Below are positions 38,901 through 53,649 of a DNA stretch of 64,000 nucleotides, one piece after another. Source of the stretch: Ptychomitrium polyphyllum (taxonomy: Eukaryota). The stretch's first letter is position 1; each line of letters starts with the position of its first letter. Made by a program: the position numbers and the translations under genes. A model generated the notes under the pieces. It saw only the letters and a program-made list of their open reading frames with translations. It searched no databases and was not told the origin of the DNA. The stretch is from the NCBI GenBank assembly GCA_973851085.1, contig OZ316776.1:6634001-6698000 (forward strand), read 5' to 3'.

Positions 38901-41900
38901 TTCGATAGAAAATAGTTGATTCAAAGAAATTTTTTGCTATAACTATACTCTAAATTTTTATTAAAATATAAATTTCTTTTTTTTAACATCTTTAAAGTCA
39001 AATAAATTATATATTTAAATGAAATGTACTTAATATCAAATGATGACTTTAAATATAACTTGACATTGCTAATTTATTTTTTCCTACATACATTTCACAC
39101 TTCAATAGTCTTTATCTCTACTGATTCCTTCTATATCTTTTAAAATCCAAATTTATCATTTTCAACCATCAAATCCATCTAAGATTATAATATATCTCAT
39201 TTACTAATTACCACCACCTCATTGATAAAACCTTTGTAAGCTCTATACATTTTTTTAAAATCCATTAAAATTTAGATATTTTTTTATATGCGGAACTAGT
39301 AATTAACAATAATTTTATGCTATTAACTTTATACGATAAAAGAACTCAATATTGGTTCTATTCAAATATTATTTAAGCATGTTTTAATTGAGAAATAAAA
39401 AATACAAAAGATTTATATTACCACCATTAAGCATATACTTCACACTTATCACCATATTAAAATGCAACTAAGAAATTGACATATAAAATAATCAACTTAT
39501 AAATAAAATCCAATATAACATGGCTCACATCTATGGAGCAAATGGCTTATATTTGATCACCATTTCCAAAATAAGATTAAAATGGCTATAGCTATGGATT
39601 TGAATCTCTTATCAAATCTTTTCAAATCAAAATAATGTAGCTATATTAAGATATTAAAGCTGAATTCCAAATTATTCTAATTTTTTGTAATATATATTCT
39701 AATAAATTGTACACAATGGACTACTTTACACAAAATCAAAATCTATGGCAACATTATTGGAAATCAAAAAAAAAAATAAGCTTGCAAAACTTGGTTGTAG
39801 CAGATGACATTAAAATGCATTGCATTCATATGAATATATATACTTTACACCATATTACTTCCAAAATTATTGGTGACTCTATCAAATTCTTTAAAAATAT
39901 CATTATTAAATATGATCAAAAATAAAGTTTACAAATTATTGTAATTTAAATATTTGATTTATTGAACATATTAAAAATGAGAATATTGAAGTTTATTGGT
40001 ACCATGAATTTTGGAACAATTTGGTCATCACTAATGTAAAAAAACCTGTTTGTTTAAATTTTGTACTCAACAATATATAGACCATGCCATGAGATAATTT
40101 TTTTGGAAGGAATATTTATCCTTCCATTACATATCATATTTGCAACTCATTTAACCTTAATACATGACTACTTGTATTTCTCAAACATAGATGATACCAT
40201 ATTTAAGCTTTGATAACTAAAAGATATAACAAAGTTACTTAAAAAGAAGAAAATTGCTTGTATCTTTAATTACATCAAGATACTATATATTTTGATTATT
40301 ACAATATTTAATAATAATCTATATGAGATCAAAGTGCCAACTTGTTTTTACCTTGCATTTGTAGCAATTAACAATGTTATTGCAATTCCTAGCTTAAATC
40401 ATATACATTTTCTGGAAGAAAATATGCATATTAAAATCCACTGCTTGAAATCCTTAATTTTAATTTTACCATCCAATTTATTATGTTAACATATTGCAAT
40501 GATTGATTTGCTTAAGAAGTCTTATTAATAGTATTGATAAATATCAACCATCCATTAATTTTATTGTCATAAGGAATAGAACATTACATGATTTATAGCA
40601 ATAATATTTACCAATGTAAGAGTAATAATCTATATTCTTTTGTTAAAAGTATTAGAAGAAATATTTAATATTTCCATAACATCTATAAAAAAAATCCTTA
40701 AGTTATTTGCAAGATGGCTATATATCATATTATATATATACTTCTTTACAAGATCCATCATAGATCATAATAAAAAATTGATATTGGTATAAACCACTCT
40801 CATTACTAATTATCAAGCCTACAATTATTAAATTTAAGAATGAATTTATTTACTATTACAATTATATTTTGTTTTTAAAATACTTACACACCAATACCAA
40901 GCAATTACATGTTTAAAATTGCACATATAGATTCACTAGAGTTCAAGTAGATGTATGAGGCATATACCTATATCAACCAACATTGAGCTAATTGCTTTGT
41001 ATCCATTACTTAATTCATACAAATTCATAAAGAAATCCAAGTAATAAATATATTTCATTGGTTTGGGCTACTTGGTTACTTCACTACTTGTTACTAATTA
41101 TTAAAATTATTGTTTATTCTAAGAAAACAAAGTAGTTGTATACCACTATTATGTGTCATATGGGAGAGGTTCATAGATAAAACGAACAAACTCTTTATTT
41201 TATGCCTATTTTTTTGCATCCTTTGTGTTAAAAATAGCCTTCTTTGTGTTAAGATAGTTTCTTTTATGTTAAAATAGCCTCTTTTTAAAACTAGAGTTCT
41301 TTGTCTATCTTTCCACAAATATTCTAAGGATTGATGTAAAAGATTACACTAATTTTGGATAATGATGATAGTTAGTCACTAAGTTCCACAAAATCCATTG
41401 AATTTTCAATTTATATTAATTGCTAAGAACATATTATATTTTGCTTATTTCTTTTCTTTCCTCAAATAATTCAACATACATATCTTTTAAGGGAGGCTGC
41501 TTGGCTGCTGCCAAGGATTTTATCATTAATCACACGTTTGTGAGCGGTAATGGACAACCGAATGGTCACCAACGAAGCCAACTGAATGTGAGCATATGCT
41601 TCGCACAGCCTTACGAATACTCGTGGAACATCTATAAGAACTTAAAAAGTTTGCTACAGCAAACCTCTGCCAAGTGGAAAAGATTTCTGTTGGGTTGTTG
41701 ATAGGCCTTCCATCAGGTATTTGTGGCTAACACACACTGAACACAGATGATTTAGGATATGTGGACCAATACAATCCAGAAGCTAGATGGTGGCAGCTGC
41801 CACGTGGTAGCTTTTGGAGGACTTGCCACACTTCAAAGTGCCTACTGATAAGGTAGAGATCACTATTTCCGTTATGGACCTCTAACGGGAACTGTATCAG

Positions 41901-43660
41901 TCAGTCACTTAGATCTGGAACTGTGTCGAACAAAGATTTTAATGAACTTGAGTCAGTGCTAGTTATGGAATGAAGTGTTTAACAATGGTGGTTCCTCCGT
42001 GGACGATGTGCGTAATCTAAATGTAAATGTAGAGGTGTATAAAAATTATAGGATTCTATGTATGTTTTTCTAAAAACTTATAGGAAAATGAAGCAAGTCT
42101 TTTTCTTAAATTAAAATATTAATTAGGTTTCTTATTCTAAACTCAATAAATTTATATTATTATGGTATAAAATTACACTTTTAAATATTTTAGATTTTTA
42201 TGTTCTTGGAAAGCGTGTCTAATGTCTTATATACACCAAACTTCTGTAAAGTTTATCTTCAAATGGGCATTTTTAGAAGGCAATAAGATAAAAGCATGTT
42301 AAAGTCTAATTATATAGAAGAATCCATCAATCACTTATTATGCCAATGTATCTAATTCTTGTAACTATGGCAAGATGCAATTATTTCAAGGTAATCATAG
42401 CAATCAAAATTGTTACTACTATCTTTAGAGATTTTTTAATGATATAATATACAAGCAAGTTAGGCAATTTTCTCCTAAATACTAATAAAACTATGATAAA
42501 AGTAGGCACTTTATGGAATATTGTTTTATAGTTAGATATCTTTATATATATTTTCAAAAACTTGAGATTTAGCTAGTGCTAAAGCTTTAAGAACTTTGTA
42601 AATTTGTACATTGAAAATAAAAATTCACTATACTTAAAAGGCATCATGAAAGAATATGAAGATTTGTGAATTTAAAGCATAATTTTAAGAATGCATAGTT
42701 TATCACAAGTGATATGGCATGATTTATTTTATTTGACACTTTAGGTGTGGACTTTACCATGCAATCATTTAACAAATTATTTTATGCCTAACCTGCCCAT
42801 CAACTACAGTATTTTAGTGTGCAAAGACCCAACAGTATGATAACAGTTTTCACATTGTCTTGAAGCTCTGAAGAACTCACAAGTAGTACTAAGGTTACCG
42901 TAATCCTAATGCAAAGGTCCAGTCTGCGGCGCCCAGAGAGGCTAATTCCAAGGGAACCATGGTCCTCAAATCATTCCCAAAGATGCCGCGTGATGATGCA
43001 TTTGTGCAGAAACACCTCTAAACTTGTTTTGTAACGACTGCCCGCCGATTTCTCAAAGCCCACCGTGAGTTCACAGCCTAGTCGTCGTGTGCATCCACGG
43101 ATACGCGAGTGTCGCTCTATGTGCACTTCGGACAGGCTCAGGCCTGGCTCCACTTAGTTCGGGAAGTTTGGAAGTTTTTAATTTTAAAGAATGGAAAGAA
43201 GAACAATGTTCCAGAACAGACGGATGCATCGTCTCGGACGACGGATGGCCTATCGTTGAGTGAACGGCTGTGAATGCCACTGCTGATTGGACCAACGGGA
43301 TGCTCCGGCCTTCCAGCTTGGCATACACACGCTCACTGATTCATCAACTGCTTACCAGTGATCGACATTGCTGAGAGCAGTCACCACCTCTGCTTCGCTT
43401 GTAGCTTCGCACTCTTACCTGCGCTATCTTTCCTTTTTCACAACCAGCATCCAATCCACCTTCCTCTGGCTGACTTGCATGCTCCCCTATCTGCTTCCCT
43501 TTACCATTTCAATCAGTAACTTGGAGCATCATCTCTATCTGCTTACATTTCTCTACTTACAAGTTACAGTTTCCGTTGCAAAGGTGGGATATTTCAGAGG
43601 AAGGCTTGAATTTGGAGCCAAGGTTTGGGTTTTCTGAGTTTGGAGAGAGTGTTGTGTGCT

Positions 43661-45428
43661 ATGGCGACTGCAGCGTCCTCAGTGTTGGGGCTAGGGAGTG
43701 CAGGGGTTGTTGGGGTGCAGAGAGCGTCGTCGACGTCCTCGTGCTGTGTGTCGTCTGAGGCGGCTCCTTCAGGGTTCGTTTCTAGGAGGAGAGCTGCAGG
43801 TGGGTCTCAGCTGAGGTCGGAGTTTTTGCCTAGTTTGGCGCCAGTGAAGGGGAGGTTCAGGGTTGCAGCGAGGCGAGTGAGAGTGGAAGGGTTGCGGACT
43901 GTGGAGGCGATAGCGTCGGACCCGGCGCAGTTGAGGGCTGCGCGTGAGGATATCAAGAAGCTTCTCAAGGAGAAGCACTGCCACCCGATTCTGATCCGTC
44001 TGGGGTGGCACGACGCAGGGACGTATGACAAGGATGTGAAGGAGTGGCCGGCTCGCGGCGGCGCCAATGGCAGCCTGAAGTACAGTATGGTGCAGAATCA
44101 CAAGGCCAACGCTGGTCTGTTCAATGCCGTCGCGCTCTTGGACCCTGTAATGGAGAAGTACCCTGACATCACGAACGCTGACCTCTTCCAGCTCGCGAGC
44201 GCCACTGCCATCGAGGACGCGGGGGGTCCCAAGATCCCGTTGCGCTATGGCCGGAGAGACATTGAAGGGGAGCACCAATGTGTCAAGGAGGGCAAGCTTC
44301 CCGATGCCGCTCCGCCATCTCCCGCTGACCATCTTCGCAATGTGTTCTATAGGATGGGTTTGAACGATCAAGACATTGTCGCTCTCTCAGGTAATCTACA
44401 TATTCCATAAATTTTCTCATACTTCGTCTCTGATTCAGGATATTTCCTCGCGGTAGAAACAGGGGTGTTTTCGGCTTGTTTAGGTTTCAAACAGTCTTTT
44501 GCATGCTCAGTCACCATCGCTCCTTTCGCAGGTGTCTGGATTGTGGCATTTCTTGTGAGAGGGCCGTTTGTTATGTAGGATTTATGTTACAAGTTTGCAG
44601 TTGGTAAATTGTGGCATAATTGTGTTTAGGCCATTATCGATTTCGCTTTAGGACGTCTTATCGAGAACGAGGTTCTTATCTGCGATGAAGGGTTGCGGTT
44701 GTTGTGGCTAATTAGGTCTCTCGTGGTAGAGTTTGACTACGAAACTAAATATCACTTTGATCACCCTGCAAATTGTGTAAGGTAGGTATTCGATGTCTGC
44801 TGGTATGGTCTTTGGACACTGTTAAGTACTGATGATTTCTCCCTGCAATTTGTTTTCAGGAGCACATACCCTAGGCAGAGTTCGGCCGGAGCGGAGTGGA
44901 TTTGGAGAGAAGGAGACGAAATATACTAAGAACGGCCCGGGCGCACCTGGAGGCAGCTCATGGACGCCGGAGTGGTTGAAGTTCGACAACTCCTACTTCA
45001 AGGAGATTAAGGAGAAGAGAGATGCCGAACTCGTGGTCCTACCCACAGACGCAGTGTTGTTCGAAGATCCATCATTTAAGAAGTACGCTGAGAAGTATGC
45101 TGCAGACGAGAAGGCATTCTTCAACGACTACGCCATCTCACATGCGAAGCTCAGTGAGCTTGGCTCGGAATTTGATCCCCCTGAAGGCTTTTTCCTTGAC
45201 AAGCCTGAGAAGAAAGTCGAGCCTGAGATTTTCGTAGCTGCCAGGTACTCCTCTCAACCGGAAGACAAGCAAGATCTCTCTGATAACATGAAGGACAAAA
45301 TCCGTGCCGAGTATCTGGCTCTTGGCGGTGCTCCTAACAAGGCTATGGGCTCTAACTACTTCCTCAATATCATTATTGGAATCTCTGTTCTTGTAATCCT
45401 GTCTTACTACCTGGGCTATCTTGGCTAG
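43661..45428 (+). CDS. tAPX: Chloroplast thylakoid-bound ascorbate peroxidase, ~432 aa; exons 43661-44390 and 44860-45428
   Basis: Ser/Arg/Ala-rich transit peptide, distal [13 protein letters not shown], proximal SG|AHTLGR rebuilt across a phase-1 GT-AG intron, [10 protein letters not shown]-terminal hydrophobic anchor. Confidence 0.95.
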
Positions 45429-48400
45429 AGCCAGTTTCTGTTTTCTCGCAATCCGTAAGCTGATCTGTAATTTTATATTGAGTTAGGAATTTGAGCAGGC
45501 CTAAGGGTGCGACTGAAAGCAGATGCGGAAGGGGGATAGGAAGGGTAGTGTAGTACAAGTGCAAGATTGTTGCAATTTTCTGCCATTGGGCACCTTGTAA
45601 TCTAGATTCTTATTTTTCTCGTTAACAGAGATGTCTACCTGTCTGCAGCTTTTGACTTCTGTATTGCCTTATACTTCATGTTTGCTCTTCAGTAATGTTT
45701 GGAAGAATTCTGTGTTTAGGGCTCTGTGTAACCTGCTGGTAGCTGTTTATTTTTGGTATTGTATATCTGAAACCAGGTTTGCTCTGCAGTACTTCAAGCC
45801 TCGAAGTAGGAGAGTGAATTTCTTCCCTGCCACGGAAGGAAGGCTGATGCTCTAAATCCTACTTGCTGCTCAACTGGTGTCTCCTCTGCCTTCTTTCTGC
45901 ACACAACTTACATTCTTCTCGTTTCTTTTCTACTCCTATCCCTCACTGTTCAAGAAGACGGTTGAAGAAGATGTAACCTTCCTATGTTCTTGGAACGTCA
46001 CCTGTGCTTTTCTTTCTACCAGCCACATTGGATTGAGCAGAAAGCAGAAGAAAAATCTGGTCATTTTTGAGGCTCAACAGTGATGACGCTCGAGTAAAAG
46101 ATTTTGGATTATCTCAAATTGTTCTACAGGTTGCGCACTGTTCGGTTTCAAGGCAGAATAAATTGTTAGCCTCCCAGGTAGAAACCAAGAAGTTTCTGTT
46201 TTGTGACCCTGTATGTAACGGTGTTTCCTTTTGAACCCCAAGAATTGAGCTCTGCACCAAATACCATATCTGTGTATGCAGAAGCTCAGGTACCTTGCTC
46301 AGAAAGGAGCTCTTGAAGGACCTAGCCAATTTCAATCTTGAAAATGAAGTTCTACAAGTCCATTTTCTATTCCGTCTTTAAATTTTAAAAAATTAAAAAA
46401 GTCAAGGATTTTATTGATTTGTATGGGGGAGTTATGTTCCAATTTCATTGCAAACATACTCAATTATCAAAATTTCAAATATAAAACTAGTATCTTTGTT
46501 TGAGTCATATCACCTACTTTAATATCATAACATGAACTTCTAACTAAAATTTTAGATTCCTTCAATTATTTGAAAAATTTATATGACGTTTTTTGTGTCT
46601 TCAATTCAAAGTCTTGATAAATTTTTATTTTAAATATAGCATACTTGAAATTCTGAAATTTTGAGAATTTACAAACAACATGTGCCTCTATCTAAAAAAT
46701 TCCAATTGATTATTTTCCAAGTATAATGGCTAAATTAGATACAGAAGCAAAGGTTGACCATTCTTTGTAGAAGGCCACAATTTTAAGAATTAAAGTAATA
46801 TACATCTATTTGATACATGTACCATCTTTAAATGTCACGTGTGACCAATGTGGTACCTAGATCACTAAAACTTGTTCATCTATTAGAGTTTTTAGGTTAC
46901 AAAAATAATAAATATTTGATGAAAATTGTGCAACAAAAATTTGAATTTTATTCAAAGTAAACAAACCTTTGACTAACCATAAATCCATACATGTTATTGG
47001 ATTTTCTTTTTTTCTTTTCTAAGGTATGTCAAATGAAATTCTTTACCAATATGTCTAAATTTTTAATACTTTACTTTGTCGTATTGTCCAAAGTTTAAAG
47101 AAAAAAAGAAAAGAGGACATCCTGGACATGCCGAATTAAGGAACTCTGTCTGTACAGAGAATGGAGTGTCAGGTGCTCTAGCTATCACCTGCTCAACGCA
47201 GAGGGTTCTAGGAGCCAGCTCTGACGAGGACTTAAGGAGATGAAGTAAATTTGAGAAGGATTGTTGATGGAAAAATTGCGATGAGCATGAACTAAGTAGA
47301 AGAAATAGTACAGTACATGTAGGCCACGACTATGGCTTTGTTTGACTCGAAGCCAGTGATTCAAAAAGGGTAATCTGTGTCGAGGCAGGAGGCATCTTCT
47401 CTTCCTGGAGCTTAGTTTTATTAGTTGTTGAGAGCGTTGATTTTCTCGCACAAACCAATTGTCTTTGATTAATAGCCTTTCTTCAGTGACAGGCTAGCAA
47501 TCAGATGTGAAAGAGACTTCGAGGTTGGACTCCGAAGTTATGTTTTTTTGGGGCGACGATGTGCATTGACTTTTTTGTGTGCATATAGATGTAATAGCCG
47601 TTTAGCAGAAACTTAGCTGGAGAGTGATTAATTTCGCTCTTTCACTGTACTAACACTTTCCGAAGTTCACTGTTATAACTGGTAATTGAGTGTTAAATAT
47701 CTAGCCACATGTTTTTTGATTCTCTGGAGAGTAGAGCACGTACATTAGAGCCTCTTTCGTTTCGTTTTGCATTCAAAAAGTTCCAAACAAGTTGCATCAG
47801 CTGATTACACCAACTATCGCGAATCTCGAAGATCAGGAACTTATCCACTAAAAGAAGAGGGCTGTTGCCTTGAACAAACTTAGGGGGAGGAGTCCAAATC
47901 TAGAAAATAATGTGCAAAATGGAAGAGTCCCGGCGCGGATTTTGCATCACAGTTTTAAGTTCAATCTTAGGAATTCACTTCACGTGTATGTGCTGCTACA
48001 GACAGTTCCATTCAAACCTTGCAGAAAACTCATGAGAAGATTTGGTGAACCTACCAAAACTATTTCAAGAATAGAACTGCGTACGGTCTGGTTGTTCAAA
48101 TTCCGCTCGAATCTAGCATCAAAATTATGAATACCAAATTGGGCCCAGCCGAACCGTAAGTAAAATACTATTTAGTCAAAACGGCAGTAAACGCACCAGC
48201 CACTCGTCACACTAAAGAAGTTACGTAACATGGTCTGAAATCATCTCATGGCGTAAAGTCCATGCCTACTACTTGGAATTCGTCACGACATAGCAGTCGA
48301 ACTCATGTTATAAATAATAGGATCGTCATCTTTGGTAGGCAGTCCAAACAAAGGTGTCTGACTTTGAGATTGTACTCTTGTACTTGACAAATCAGATTGT

Positions 48401-50035
48401 CGGTATTCAGCAGACTTTCATACTAACATGTTACATATTGTGTACAAGGGTCGTTAATAACATTGTTACAAAGGAGTGAAAATGAGACCGCTGTATGTAC
48501 TCTTATCTTCCCTTTGGAGGATCGGTACAAAAAAACAACAAGCTCCTAAGATTTCATAACTTTAAAGGGTCCTCTCTAATACTCAGACAGGAGCATTCTT
48601 CTGAATCAAGATGATATACCCATGCATGTCTTGGGACTAGGTACTAACCTCTTACTGATCAATCACTTATCACCCTCTAGTGAGCGTGTCTCATGATCAA
48701 ACATGTCCAACGAGCTGAATCAACCAATTGTGAATGTAGAAGAAATCAACCTCCACTTGATCACAACCTGATAATGATAGATTTGAGTCACTCAATCAAG
48801 CTGTTCTGTGGACTGTAGCGGATAAGCTCTGGACATAAAAAATATGCATGAATGAGATAGTGAGCTGAGTGGTTGCATCGTGTGGTTAAGTGATGGTGGG
48901 TCATGTGTGAGACAGAAGCCTCTATTAAAGAATCCTCCTCTAAGATGCAACCTTGGCATGCCGATTGTAAGCACAACGTTTTCGGCTGTTTAAATACAGC
49001 ACTTTCACATATACTGTTGGTTTGCTGGAGTATAATTAGCCCACATCAGATATGTCAAAGTATTCTGCTAGACTTGTGAAGTAAAGGTAGCCAGCCAGTT
49101 GACAAATCTGTGGTTCTACCAATGGGAAAATAGGAACTCTATTTATTTGTTGAAAAGAATGATAACTTAGAGAGCAGTCATAACATTCTTCAGCATTTGA
49201 CGCAAACTCATCTCACCTTGGAAAGCAAGAAACCAATAATCAATGATAGTATGTGTACATGGCAGTGAATGAATGAAAGTACTAGTCTAATTAAATGATT
49301 TTGATATGATGAGTTTGAGGGGATTTAACAGTAAGATAAGAAAATCGATGTTTGTATTCTTATGCACGTGGATGAACACATACCTTTCGGAACTCGTCAA
49401 TGGGAGAGCTAGTGCCGTCGGAGGAAAGCTTTGATGATCGTGAAGCAAACTCGAGAGCTGGTCCACCTTTTCGAGTGAAATCTACTAATGCTTTATAATG
49501 ACTTATGAGCTAGCTTATGCCTCCACAAACGTATATATTGTGGGTCAGCTCCGTCTCAAATTCACTACATTGGCAGCTACTAAACCCTGACACTGACACA
49601 CTTGGTGCTATCATTCTGTTTCAGTGCTGCAGCTTGTAATTGCGAATAGAACTGTTGAAGAACAATGTTCATGAGCAGCATATTGATCACAATCAACCTA
49701 GTTGAGTGATGTAATCTGATCCAGCTCTTCGTGAAATGAGAACTATTCCTTCAAGGTTCATGTGATCCGACTTCAATCTACCTTACTGTAAGAATGAACA
49801 TAATGCCTGAGTATGTATGCTGCAGCACAATTTGACATGGATGGTGCAATCAATGATAATGACAATTTCTGGTATTGAATGATCTTCTAATCATTAGTTC
49901 ATGGCTGCTATCTTTTCAGATCTGAGACTAAAGTTCAGCTATCAAATAATTCGACTGTAAGTGCTGGAGGGATTTGAGGACGTAAAAAACCATTCCCGAA
50001 GAAGATATTCACTCTATTTCAAGCTGCAGTGATCA

Positions 50036-52971
50036 ATGGAACTTACAAAGCTTTTGATTACAATTTCAACTCTCCTGGTTGTGATTGCCCATGACGCAGA
50101 AGCGTGGAAAACACATTTCCTGTACTGGAATGTAAGTAAATACTCCACTTCTGTGCATGAAGACTTCTCTAATATTCATAGCAACAGAAACAATCGAAGT
50201 TCTTTTTTAGTTTCACGATTTCTCTGAAAGAGAGCACTATCTCTGGAGAAGCAATTGTATCCTTCTGACTTTTGAATTACATGATACAAGAAATTTCAAA
50301 TTAGTCGTTTGCTTGTCCAGTGTAGAATAATTGTCTAAATGAATGGTTATGTGTGCAGGTTGAGACCACAAACGTGACTCGCAACTGCGAATCTGTAAAT
50401 ATTACAACTGTAAATGGTCAATTTCCAGGTCCTACTGTGGAGATTAACGAATTTGACACCGTGGTCATCAATGTCACCAACAACGCACAGTACAACATCT
50501 CCATACACTGGTACGTTGTGTAATCCATTCAATGAATCTACAGTACTTTCTGCATCTTGTATATATATCACATCTTGTTTGTATCACTTTCAATTATTTG
50601 AACGTGATCATAGTTTGAAGTATTTGGGCTTTGCAGGCATGGGATATTTCAGTTCCGGACGAATTGGGCAGACGGGGCAGCTCACATAACCCAGTGCCCC
50701 TTGCAGATCGGAAGCTCTCAAATTTATGAGTTCACAGTGACCGGTCAGAGCGGAACATTTTTCTGGCATGCTCACAACAATTGGTTAAGGGCAACGATGT
50801 ATGGCCACTTCATTGTCCATCCTGCAGTTGCCCCACCTTGGGGAGAAGTTGCTGCAGAGTATTCCATCATTTCGGGTGAGTGATTTGAGTAACATAGGAT
50901 CCAGATATCATTAGTGAAATTTTATTTCCTCTAGTTGAATTGAGCTAGTGACTTAATTCTAAAAGTTTTGTAGTTTCCAGATTGGTCATCCGAGCTAATA
51001 ATAATGAATGAATCCGATTATGTGCGCCAAATTTATTGCAGGCGAATGGTTTGGCAAAGACCCCAACATTGTAGAACTCGGTTTCATCGACACCTTGAAT
51101 CCAGTTGAAAATGCAACCATTGCCAATACTATCAATGGCGAACCGGGACCGTTATATGGTTGTTCAGCAGGTAAATCAATTAGTCAGCTGTTTATACAAC
51201 GTTGTGTTCAAGTGACTGAAAGTGTATTTTTCAGTAAAAAACTGAATCATGCAAAGAGTAAATGGATCCACTTACAATGCAATCACCTGTTGCCACTACT
51301 ACAAATTATGTCATGACAGCTTAATTCTAGAGTGTTTAATTTGAATGTTGTGACATACAGTGCTTGCAAACAGGATCACAGAAATAGAGTGGCGTGTGAA
51401 CATTAGAGTGGACTTGAGCTACTACAATTAATGCACTCCAATTGCTTGCAGGCACTCAAGTCTTCCCAGTAAAGAGCGGCTCAAAATACCTGCTGCGCCT
51501 CACAAACGCAGGACTAAACAACGATCACTTCTTTAAAGTTGCCAATCATACGTTGACAGTGGTTAGAGCTGATAGCAACTACCTCCAGCCTTTCGAAACA
51601 GACGTGGTGGTGATCACACCTGGACAAACGACTGATGTCCTCCTCACAGCGAACCAACCCATAGGTAAGTATTAACAAAGTGTTACTGTAAATTTATCAA
51701 CTGCTTGGCGGATTCAGCATCCAGAGGACTAATTGAAGGAATAATTCTTGATAGTGGGTGCCTCTAATACAGGCCAAAGTTCTTCTCTTTATGTAGATCT
51801 GTAACATTTTAGCGAGGTGGGGGGCGCGGTGGGAGAGGGTGAGTCCATATGAAAGATAATCTTGTGCAATCTAAATCTTGGTATTCAGTTCTCCCTTCAA
51901 ACTCACATAAAAGGAGTTTCTTTCTTTTGCAGGATCGTACTACTGTGGTGTTAACGTGGCAGAAGTGCTCAACGTTGGGGCTCCACCTCCAGCAACACCT
52001 GCACTTGCAATTATACAATATGAAGGCTCGAACTCCACAGCCTCCCCTGTAACACCAGAGTTTCCTTCAATGTTTAACCCTATGCCTGTAGATGTCTATG
52101 CAGCAAGACTCAAGGGCCTTGAACCCTACAACCTCCCTACTGTCAACGTGGAGCTTGTCTATGTGGCAGGTATCTCAAGCGTAAACTGCAACGCAGATGA
52201 ACCATGTACAACAAAGCTTGCTGGCACAATACAAAATACAACCTTTGATGACCCACAGAATATTTCTGTCTTGGAGGCTTACTACAATAATATTCCAGGA
52301 GTATATACAACAGATGTGCCTGACTTACCTCCAGTGTTTGAGGATTTTACATCTCAGCCTAACGCTGATTACATATTGGGTAACAGGGGGACACGAACAA
52401 GAGTATTGCAGTTTAATGATACAGTACAGTTGGTGCTTCAGAATGTGAATGCATTTGGGATACTAGATCACCCGTTTCACTTGCATGGTCATGATTTTTA
52501 TGTTATTGGAAGAAATTATACCAACTTCGACCCAGCTGTTAGCCCTGCTGGTTTTAATTTGGTGGATCCGCCGAAGTTTAATACAATATCAATACCTAAC
52601 GGTGGATGGGTTGCGCTGCGATTTCAAGCTAATAATCCAGGTGAGTAACATACCGTAGTAAAAGAATTGGTTAATTTTCACTACACATTATTGTCTTCAC
52701 AAACTGTCATGACCGAAATATCATTTATATTGCCAGCTTAGCGAGAATCGAGTATCATCACTACAAAATTGCTCGAATGGAATGTTCAGCTACATCAGAG
52801 GGAAGGACTAACACCTGGTCCATGAATGGTTTTGTAGGTGTGTGGTTGTTTCATTGTCACTTCGACAGACACAAAACTTGGGGCATGCAGATGGCGTTTA
52901 TTACACAAAATGGGGCTGGGGTGAATGAAACATTACCAGGACCACTTCACCCTCCACCATCTTGCACCTAA
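50036..52971 (+). CDS. LAC: Laccase (multicopper oxidase), ~556 aa; exons 50036-50131, 50359-50510, 50637-50875, 51042-51170, 51452-51664, 51933-52640, 52838-52971
   Basis: Signal peptide; Cu motifs [28 protein letters not shown] (axial Met). All introns GT-AG; exon total 1671 nt stays in frame. Confidence 0.95.
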
Positions 52972-53649
52972 CCAGCAATCGATTGCTGTTCTACACTCTC
53001 AAGTTGATTGAGCATCTTCAAGGTTGAGACCTTGGCAAGAAATGGACCATGCGGCATATATTAGCCCTCTACAAGCACTTATATATTGATACTAAATAGG
53101 ACAATTTGTTGAGAGTAGTACATATTGCAGCAAGAACAGAAGTTATATGGTTTTAAAACATTGTACATCGGTATTTAGTATAGTTTTATAATGAAGCACT
53201 TTGTGATTGTAGTTAAAAAGATTAATTTAAACTGTTTTGTACAAAATCTCTTGCTGCCTATCTGTGTTGTGCTTGTGTTGTCAAGTATATCCAGCGATCT
53301 ATTAGTACCGAAGGCAACAGCAAAAGGAAATCCATTGACAATTTGTCAGAATTTTGAAAAGGTTTCCAACCATATCTAAGTCAAGAACCCGATTTTAGCA
53401 CGAGTATCGAAAGACAACTCCTGTAAATACACTGTTTCAAGACCGTTGAACACAATCTGGAAGCATATTTTGTCAAGACAATTCTCATTTCCAAGGAATC
53501 AGTCCATAATAATAAAGCATGAAACTAAGCTTCGTGCCCGGTACTCTCCGCCAACAGGACACTTCCGTAATGACATTTGGAGGAATGAGAAATTAGTTGA
53601 AAAAGTATTGAGCTAGAATCTGCTCCTCTGCAACTACGGCGACAATGGC

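Noticed and set aside
43769..44371. 200-aa antisense ORF over APX (likewise 61774-62535 over PPR and 54571-55068 over EndoU)
   Set aside because: Shadow ORFs of coding exons with no recognisable motifs.
51498..51525. miR397 site in the laccase
   Set aside because: The equivalent position (CACAAACGCAGGACTAAACAA) has too many mismatches.
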